Under the pieces are notes generated by a model, which did not search any database, was not told the DNA's origin, and saw nothing but the letters and a program-made list of their open reading frames with translations. The translations under genes were made by a program, and so were the position numbers. From Candidatus Micrarchaeota archaeon (GTDB lineage Archaea > Micrarchaeota > Micrarchaeia > Anstonellales > Bilamarchaeaceae): a DNA stretch of 64,000 nt. Shown piece after piece: positions 16,616-22,874 of this stretch. Each line of letters begins with the position of its first letter. The stretch's first letter is position 1. The stretch is from contig JAKEGJ010000021.1 in NCBI GenBank assembly GCA_022627495.1, positions 78,612-142,611 of the forward strand. The letters run 5' to 3'.

Positions 16616-17626
16616 ATGAAGATAGCGATAAGCGGATTCGGCAGGATTGGGAAATCATTCTTGAAGGCGGCGATAAAGCAGGGCGCACTCGGCAGGGATT
16701 TCGATGTTGCCGCCATAAACACGAGAAGCCCGGCCGAGCAGCATGCGCACCTTTTTAAATACGACTCGGTCTACGGAAGGTTCGAAGGTAAGGCCGAGGC
16801 CAAGGACGGCAACCTCATCGTGAACGGCTGCCCCATCAAATGGATTACCGAAACGGACCCGCTCAAGCTCCCGTGGAAGGAGCTGGGGGTCGACCTCGTG
16901 CTCGAGAGCACGGGCGTTTTCCGCTCCAAAGCCGACGCCGAGAAGCATATCAAGGCGGGCGCCAGGATGGTTTTGATTTCAGCCCCGGCCAAGGATGCGA
17001 AGGAGGTCGATGCGACAGTAGTCCCTGGCGTCAACGACCACATCGTCAACAAAGGCATGTCGATATTCTCGCTCGCATCATGCACGACGAACTGCCTTGC
17101 CCCAGTGCTGAAGGTAATTGATGAAAAATTCGGAATCGAAAGCGGATTTTTGAGCACGGTGCACGCTTACACCAACGACCAGAACATCGTGGACGGCAGC
17201 CACAGCGACTTGCGCAGGGCCCGCGCCGGGGCGATGAACATCATCCCCACAAGCACAGGCGCCGCGAAGGCCATAGGCGAAGTGCTCCCCGCGCTCGCAG
17301 GGAAGATGGATGGCGTGGCGTTCCGCGTCCCGGTCGCCTGCGGCTCGATGAACGACATGACGCTTCTGCTCCGGAAGGATGCGACGAAGGACGAGATAAA
17401 CGCCGAACTCAGGAGGGCGTCGAACGAGGAGCTCAAGGGCATACTCGGCTACACTGAGGATGAGATAGTCTCCCAGGACGTCGTCGGGGTGCCGCTTTCC
17501 TCCCTGGTGGACGGGAAGCTCACGAAGGCCAAGGGCAGGCTGGTCAAGATTTCCGCCTGGTACGACAACGAATTCGGCTACTCCAACCGGCTTGTGGATT
17601 TCGTCAGGAAGCTCGCCAAGACCTAG
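16616..17626 (+). CDS. gap: Glyceraldehyde-3-phosphate dehydrogenase, class I (bacterial/eukaryal type)
   Basis: It has MKIAISGFGRIGKSF and the active site ASCTTNCLAP, plus WYDNEFGYSNR. GGTGAG lies upstream of the ATG at 16616. Confidence 0.9.
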   Translation: MKIAISGFGRIGKSFLKAAIKQGALGRDFDVAAINTRSPAEQHAHLFKYDSVYGRFEGKAEAKDGNLIVNGCPIKWITETDPLKLPWKELGVDLVLESTGVFRSKADAEKHIKAGARMVLISAPAKDAKEVDATVVPGVNDHIVNKGMSIFSLASCTTNCLAPVLKVIDEKFGIESGFLSTVHAYTNDQNIVDGSHSDLRRARAGAMNIIPTSTGAAKAIGEVLPALAGKMDGVAFRVPVACGSMNDMTLLLRKDATKDEINAELRRASNEELKGILGYTEDEIVSQDVVGVPLSSLVDGKLTKAKGRLVKISAWYDNEFGYSNRLVDFVRKLAKT

Positions 17627-19023
17627 AATTCCAGACCCTGCATGAGCGCGGCCCCCTGCAGCTTGGCAAGAGCCTTAATCTCGATTTGCCTAATCCTTTC
17701 CCTGCAAAAGCACATGCTGTCTTCGATTTCTTGAAGAGTCTCCTCTTTTCTTCCGGATAAGCCGAACCTTCTTTCGAGTATTTCCCGCTCAAATGGATTG
17801 AGGATTTCCAGCAGGCCCGGAATCTGCCGCTCCAGCTGCATCTGGCCTAGCATGGCATCAGCGCCTTTAGCATCTGGAGCGCTCAGCCGCCTGCTTAGCG
17901 GGTCGGTAAGCTGGCACATTTTGGAATTTGCCTCCAATGCCGATTTGACCGCCCTTTGGGGCATGCCGATAGCTTTCGAAATCTCCAGGACAGTGGGCGA
18001 CCTGCCAAACTGGACCTGGTGGGATTTCACATACCTGCGGATAGTCTGCAGGGATTCGAGCGTGCGGACCGGAACCCTCACCGACCTGGCCTTGTCCGCT
18101 ATCGCCCGGGATATCGAATGCCGTATCCAGAAGGACGAATATGTGGAAAACCGGTTCCCTTTCCGATAATCGAATCGTTCGAGGGCCTTCAAAAGCCCGG
18201 CGCTGCCTTCGCTCATAAGATCCCGGAATTCCATGCCTGGATGGTGCTGGTATCTTTTTGCTATTGATGCAACGAACCGCTGGTTTGCGCATATGACCAG
18301 GCCGGAGATTTTCCTCCGGGTTGCCTCCACCCGCTCCAGCTCCTTTTTGGCTTCCGGCTCTTTTCCATTCTGCTTGCCGCATGCAAGTACGTCTCTGATT
18401 ACCTCTGCCCTTTCAGTGAACCGGATGAAGGCCTTGATAAGAACCGATTCCTCCTCTTCTGACAGCTTAAGGTTCCTTTTCTTTTTGAACCTCTCGACGA
18501 AGTGAATGGCCGCCGCCTCGCCATAGGTCAGGCTCACCGGGACAGCGCGAAACATCAGGACCGCGAGCCTTGCCCGGATTTCACGGACAGCAGCGCTTTC
18601 TTCGGCCAGCAAGTCCTCTGCACCGCCTGCGCCGCCTTCTTCAAGAATGTCCCTGATCTCGGCGGACCAGTCCAGGAACTTGCGGTAGGCATCTTTCGCG
18701 AATTCGGCTTCTGCACGTGTCAGGGGAATGCGCATGTCCGCCTTGTATTCCAGGGTCCGCGTCAGCATGCCCTCTTTTTCGCTAAGGCGGAGGGGGATTG
18801 CATTTGCGAGTGTCTCAGGCCCCAAGGAAAATCGCTCGAACTCGGGTTTTTCTGCGCGTCTTGCAGAAACATGCTTAGCCAACGTGGCAGGGGGCTTGGA
18901 TGGGCCTGGGCGCATACGAAGCGATTGTGAAGGGTTGTGCTTAATAATGTTAAGGTCTGCTGCGCTTTCCCCCATGCAACGGGCAGCCCGAAAGCGCTTG
19001 GGAGAACTGGCGCCGGAGGCCAT
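17623..19023 (-). CDS. Sigma-70 family (RpoD-like) factor with a roughly 230-aa N-terminal extension
   Basis: Region 2 is NQRFVASIAKRYQHHPGMEFRDLMSEGSAGLLKALERFDYRKGNRFSTYSSFWIRHSISRAIADKARSVRVPV. A region 3-like segment is FGRSPTVLEISKAIGMPQRAV. Region 4 is EREILERRFGL...ETLQEIEDSMCFCRERIRQIEIKALAKL. The start is uncertain (ATG at 19023, 18975 or 18915). Confidence 0.85.
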   Translation of the reverse strand: MASGASSPKRFRAARCMGESAADLNIIKHNPSQSLRMRPGPSKPPATLAKHVSARRAEKPEFERFSLGPETLANAIPLRLSEKEGMLTRTLEYKADMRIPLTRAEAEFAKDAYRKFLDWSAEIRDILEEGGAGGAEDLLAEESAAVREIRARLAVLMFRAVPVSLTYGEAAAIHFVERFKKKRNLKLSEEEESVLIKAFIRFTERAEVIRDVLACGKQNGKEPEAKKELERVEATRRKISGLVICANQRFVASIAKRYQHHPGMEFRDLMSEGSAGLLKALERFDYRKGNRFSTYSSFWIRHSISRAIADKARSVRVPVRTLESLQTIRRYVKSHQVQFGRSPTVLEISKAIGMPQRAVKSALEANSKMCQLTDPLSRRLSAPDAKGADAMLGQMQLERQIPGLLEILNPFEREILERRFGLSGRKEETLQEIEDSMCFCRERIRQIEIKALAKLQGAALMQGLEF

Positions 19024-19032
19024 CTCAGAAAG

Positions 19033-19044
19033 ATATATAAATAT
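19033..19044. promoter_or_regulatory. TATA-like box in the sigma/mini-protein divergent region
   Basis: ATATATAAATAT lies 22 nt upstream of the ATG at 19066, inside the 42-bp gap to the longest sigma ORF start. Confidence 0.4.
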
Positions 19045-19065
19045 CCTCGCAACACATTTTTACCG

Positions 19066-19320
19066 ATGGCAACCGGATTGGAAGTAGCTGCATCGAACAT
19101 CGCTTCTCTGCTTTCGGCCCTTGCGCCGACTATCGCGATTATCTTGGTTACCGCAGGCGGCATAACCTACGGGCTTGCCCAGACACAGCCGGGCGAGACG
19201 CGCGGCAAATGGCAGACCGTTGCAATAGGCATGGTCGTAGGCGGCATAATCGTCATGGCCATAACCGGCGCCGCGAGCTTCATAACAGAGCAGTCCGCGA
19301 ACCTGCTGAAGCCGACATAA
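19066..19320 (+). CDS. Small two-TM hairpin protein, VirB2/TrbC/CedA1-like
   Basis: The protein is 84 aa. It has two hydrophobic helices (NIASLLSALAPTIAIILVTAGGITYGL and WQTVAIGMVVGGIIVMAITGAASFI) joined by a short charged loop (QTQPGETRGK). From memory, the second helix resembles the VirB2 segment VAGVVGGIVIMFGASFLG. Confidence 0.45.
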   Translation: MATGLEVAASNIASLLSALAPTIAIILVTAGGITYGLAQTQPGETRGKWQTVAIGMVVGGIIVMAITGAASFITEQSANLLKPT

Positions 19321-19556
19321 AAGGTTGGGAAGGCCAGTCATTCTTTTCCTATACCTATAGCGCGAGCCTAGGTTAATCTGATTAGTGCATGCGTGGGCCC
19401 GAGGCCGAGCCCAAATCCAGGGACAATCATGCCGGTAAAACCGCGGAAATGAACTGTCGGATTGTGTTTATATATAAGCCCGACCATAATCCCATTAGTA
19501 TATACGTATAATTATTTGTATATACTCATGGAGGACAAACCGGCATATGCGAAAGC

Positions 19557-19877
19557 ATGGCCGGTGCGGGTGGAATGATGAAAGAGACCGAAGAGAAGCT
19601 GGATGAGGAGGGATTCGAGGAAATACCGATGGAGCCGAAAGCCGAGCCGGGAAGCGGCGGGCCGGGGGGAAGCGGAAGCAACGCCCCGGGCGCAGGAGGT
19701 GCCGGGGCGAACCGGCCGGATTTGCGCGTTGTCCAGACCGACCGTGACAAGGACGGGAACGTAATATACTCCAATGTGGGCGGCATGTGGAAGAATGTCT
19801 CCAAGAACGGGAACGTGTTCTACACCCTCAGGATCGGGCAGCTGAAGCTGCTGGTATTCCCGAATGACAGGAAATGA
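19557..19877 (+). CDS. Hypothetical protein: acidic N-terminus, Gly-rich linker, DUF736-like C-terminal beta domain
   Basis: It runs MKETEEKLDEEGFEEIPMEPK, then GSGGPGGSGSNAPGAGGAGA, then DGNVIYSNVGGMWKNVSKNGNVFYTLRIGQLKLLVFPND. The G..WK..SK.G..Y..L+I pattern resembles DUF736 repeats as I remember them. Confidence 0.45.
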   Translation: MAGAGGMMKETEEKLDEEGFEEIPMEPKAEPGSGGPGGSGSNAPGAGGAGANRPDLRVVQTDRDKDGNVIYSNVGGMWKNVSKNGNVFYTLRIGQLKLLVFPNDRK

Positions 19878-20032
19878 CTGGACAGGATTGGCTGCATGTG
19901 TGGAGGCTGTGCGCCTGATGCAAGGCGGGCGGCTGCCGATGCGAGCCGAAGAAGACGCATGCCCGCATCGGCGCTCCGGAATGCATGAGGAGAAAGTAAA
20001 CAGAAGGATGAGAAATCAGGCAGGGGATTCGT

Positions 20033-21010
20033 ATGGCAGAAGATAAAGACAAGGATAAGGAAAAGAAGAAGAAATACTACAAGGACCTGGAAGACCTTCC
20101 GGGAATAGGCGAAGTGACGGCAGAGAAGCTCCGCGCGGCCGGGTATGGCGAGTTCGCGGCCCTGGCTACTGCGAACCCCCACGAGCTTGCGGAAGCGGGC
20201 GGGATGGGCGTCGAATCCGCGAAAAAGGCGATTGAAGCCGCAAAGAGCATGGTGGAAATCGGATTCGAGACCGCCGAAACGGTTTTCGAAAGGCGCAAGA
20301 ATATCGTCAGGATAAAAACCGGCTCGCAGGCGCTTGATGATTTGCTTGGCGGGGGCGTCGAGACGATGGCAATCACCGAGATGTACGGCAAGTTCTCGAG
20401 CGGGAAATCGCAGCTCGGGTTCCAGCTCGTCGTGAACGTCCAGAGGCCGGTGGACCAGGGCGGGCTCGGGGGCGGCGTGCTGTTCGTGGATACGGAAGCC
20501 ACTTTCAGGCCGGAAAGGATTGTGCAGCTGGCCGAAGGGCAGGGGATGGACGCCCAGGCCGTGCTCCGGAACATCCAGGTGGCGAGGGCGGAAAACAGCG
20601 ACCACCAGATAATCCTGCTGGAGAAGGCTGAGGAGACGATTGAGAAGAACAACATAAAGCTCATCGTCATCGACTCGCTGACATCGCATTTCAGGTCGGA
20701 CTACATAGGACGGGGCGCGCTCAGCGAGAGGCAGCAGAAGCTGAACAAGCACGTCCACATGCTCCAGAAGCTGGCCGAGAAGTACAACCTCGCGGTCTAT
20801 GTGACCAACCAGGTCATGGACAACCCCGGCATCCTTTTCGGCGACCCGACGACGCCGATTGGCGGCCACGTGCTCGCGCACATGTCGACCTACCGGCTCT
20901 ATGTCCGAAAGAGCAAGGACGACAAGAGGATTGCGAGGCTCGTCGATTCGCCGAACATGCCCGAAGGCGAGGCGGTGTTCAGGGTGACGCCGGGCGGGCT
21001 CACCGACTGA
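20033..21010 (+). CDS. radA: DNA repair and recombination protein RadA
   Basis: It has an N-terminal HhH (LEDLPGIGEVTAEKLRAAGY), Walker A GKFSSGKSQ, Walker B LIVIDSL, and typical C-terminal RadA/Rad51 blocks (AVYVTNQV ... PIGGHVLAH). Confidence 0.9.
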   Translation: MAEDKDKDKEKKKKYYKDLEDLPGIGEVTAEKLRAAGYGEFAALATANPHELAEAGGMGVESAKKAIEAAKSMVEIGFETAETVFERRKNIVRIKTGSQALDDLLGGGVETMAITEMYGKFSSGKSQLGFQLVVNVQRPVDQGGLGGGVLFVDTEATFRPERIVQLAEGQGMDAQAVLRNIQVARAENSDHQIILLEKAEETIEKNNIKLIVIDSLTSHFRSDYIGRGALSERQQKLNKHVHMLQKLAEKYNLAVYVTNQVMDNPGILFGDPTTPIGGHVLAHMSTYRLYVRKSKDDKRIARLVDSPNMPEGEAVFRVTPGGLTD

Positions 21011-21011
21011 A

Positions 21012-21052
21012 GCGGGCAGGATGCCCGCATTATCAATTTTAATTTTTTCTTT
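21012..21052 (+). terminator. Hairpin plus T-tracts downstream of radA
   Basis: The stem-loop GCGGGCA-gga-TGCCCGC (21012-21028) is followed by TTTTAATTTTTTCTTT. Confidence 0.5.
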
Positions 21053-21066
21053 GCCTTTTCCCTAGC

Positions 21067-21762
21067 GTGGCCTGGGATGGGGTAGCCGGGGATGTGAAAG
21101 GATTCCGATGGCAGAGCCTCTCCCCTTCGGCACAGGTGCTACTGGCCGGCAATGCCCTCACGGTTATTGTCGCAATCATCTTCGGGCTTGACCCGGCCGA
21201 GATAATCTGGGTCTACTGGCTGGAAAGCATCGTCATCGGCATGTTCACTGTCCTTGCGTTCATCACGATGGGACTTGGCCACAAGCCCGGGCCCAAAGTC
21301 GGCTCTCCGGCCGCGGCTTACGGATTCGCGATATTCTTCTGCATCCATTACGGCATGTTCCATGGCGCATACGCCCTGTTCCTTTCCATCATGCCCTGGT
21401 TCATCATCGAGAACCCGGACATTCTGGGCATGGGAATCACGATTGGAATCCTTGCCCTTAGCCATGGATACTCGTTTGTGAAGAACGTGCTGGGAAACCC
21501 GGCCGGACTTGCGATAACAAAGGAGAACCTTCAGCGGACCATGATGGCGCCGTATTCGCGCATCATCCCCATGCACCTGACCATAATATTCTCTGGATTC
21601 CTGATGATTCCGCTCCAATTACTTGAAACAATAGCCGAGGCCGTTTTCTCCGGAGCCGGAATCGCTGCGGCGGACCGGCTGATGAAATTCGTGGCGCTTC
21701 TCCTTTTCATGGGATTGAAGACTGGCGGAGACCTGTATGGGCATCTCAACCGCTACCGGTAG
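21067..21762 (+). CDS. Polytopic integral membrane protein, unknown function
   Basis: It has about 6 predicted hydrophobic helices. It starts at GTG (21067), and there is no in-frame ATG until residue 59. Confidence 0.55.
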   Translation: MAWDGVAGDVKGFRWQSLSPSAQVLLAGNALTVIVAIIFGLDPAEIIWVYWLESIVIGMFTVLAFITMGLGHKPGPKVGSPAAAYGFAIFFCIHYGMFHGAYALFLSIMPWFIIENPDILGMGITIGILALSHGYSFVKNVLGNPAGLAITKENLQRTMMAPYSRIIPMHLTIIFSGFLMIPLQLLETIAEAVFSGAGIAAADRLMKFVALLLFMGLKTGGDLYGHLNRYR

Positions 21763-21802
21763 CCTTAATACATTTGCAGAAGAGGCAATTTCAGGTGTGT
21801 TT

Positions 21803-22108
21803 ATGGGATTAATTGGCGAATTCAAGGATTTTCTGACTGAGTATAAGGTTATCGGGCTGGCGATAGCGTTCATCATGGGCGCGGCAATCACTGCGCTTGT
21901 GACGTCGCTCGTCAACAACATCATCATGCCCGTAATCGCAGTGCTCCTGCCCAATGGTGATTGGCAGTTGATGGTCGTCGACCTTGCCGGCATTAAGCTC
22001 GGCGTCGGCGCATTCCTGGCGGCCCTCCTGAACTTCATCATAATCGCATTCGTCATCTTCATGATGGCGAAGATTGTGCTGAAGGAGGAGAAAGTCACGA
22101 AAAAATAA
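21803..22108 (+). CDS. mscL: Large-conductance mechanosensitive channel
   Basis: The sequence has FKDFLTEYKVIGLAIAFIMGAAITALVTSLVNNIIMPVI and a second TM, FLAALLNFIIIAFVIFMM. The size is about 100 aa. Confidence 0.85.
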   Translation: MGLIGEFKDFLTEYKVIGLAIAFIMGAAITALVTSLVNNIIMPVIAVLLPNGDWQLMVVDLAGIKLGVGAFLAALLNFIIIAFVIFMMAKIVLKEEKVTKK

Positions 22109-22137
22109 TTTTTCCTTTTTTATTTGTGTTTTTTACT
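22109..22137 (+). terminator. Oligo-T tracts downstream of mscL
   Basis: TTTTTCCTTTTTTATTTGTGTTTTTT follows the stop codon directly. Confidence 0.45.
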
Positions 22138-22148
22138 GTCCAAAAGTG

Positions 22149-22157
22149 TTATAAATA
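22149..22157 (+). promoter_or_regulatory. TATA-like box
   Basis: TTATAAATA lies 22 nt upstream of the ATG at 22179. Confidence 0.4.
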
Positions 22158-22178
22158 GTTCCGGGCACGAATTATTGC

Positions 22179-22874
22179 ATGACGATTCGCACCAGGATGA
22201 GGAATCTCGCATTCGCAGGCATTATGGCGGGCGCGCTCTCGGCCGGGTGCGCGACGACGCAGGGCGCTTCCATTGCCGCAGCGCCGGCTCCTGCGCAGGC
22301 CTCCGCGGCGCACCCGAGGCAGGAGACTCCCGCGGAAAGGTGCCAGAGGACGCAGAGGACGCGGATGCAGAACTGCCTGATAGAAAGCATAGTCGCCACC
22401 TGCAGGGAGAGCAACTCATTCAACGAGGACGCGTTCTACTCATGCGTATCGGAAAACCTGGTTGTTCCGCAGAGCCTTGAGGCAAGGCCGGCCAAACAGT
22501 ACAGCGTAACCGTGTCAGCCGGGGACGAAGTGCTTTCTACCAGGACCGGCAGGGCGGTCGCGATGGATGTCGCAAGGCTGGAAGCCTCCCAGATAGACCA
22601 GAGGGGCGTCGCTTTCACATATGAAATCGAAAGAATAACGCTGGCTGCGCCCACGGAAAGGACGGGGGTTGATTCGGCAACCGTCCGGTATAACTTCGAT
22701 GGCACCTATGAAGGGGAGGCCTTCAAGCTCCAGGGCCTTGCGGTATGGAACCTCCGGGTGGAGGGCTCCGGTACCGGTCAGGCGAGGGTGAGCTTCGAGT
22801 CGAACGACCCTGCGCTTCTGGTCCGGCCTGCGGATGCCGCCGCTGGGGCGGCGCCTGCACAGAAAAGGAAGTGA
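22179..22874 (+). CDS. Putative secreted lipoprotein, unknown function
   Basis: It has a signal peptide with a lipobox-like LSAGC (MRNLAFAGIMAGALSAGCATT). The C-terminal 50 codons overlap the convergent large gene. Confidence 0.5.
   Translation: MTIRTRMRNLAFAGIMAGALSAGCATTQGASIAAAPAPAQASAAHPRQETPAERCQRTQRTRMQNCLIESIVATCRESNSFNEDAFYSCVSENLVVPQSLEARPAKQYSVTVSAGDEVLSTRTGRAVAMDVARLEASQIDQRGVAFTYEIERITLAAPTERTGVDSATVRYNFDGTYEGEAFKLQGLAVWNLRVEGSGTGQARVSFESNDPALLVRPADAAAGAAPAQKRK

Noticed and set aside
19820-20881. A 353-aa minus-strand ORF.
   Set aside because: It is antisense to the unambiguous radA reading frame.
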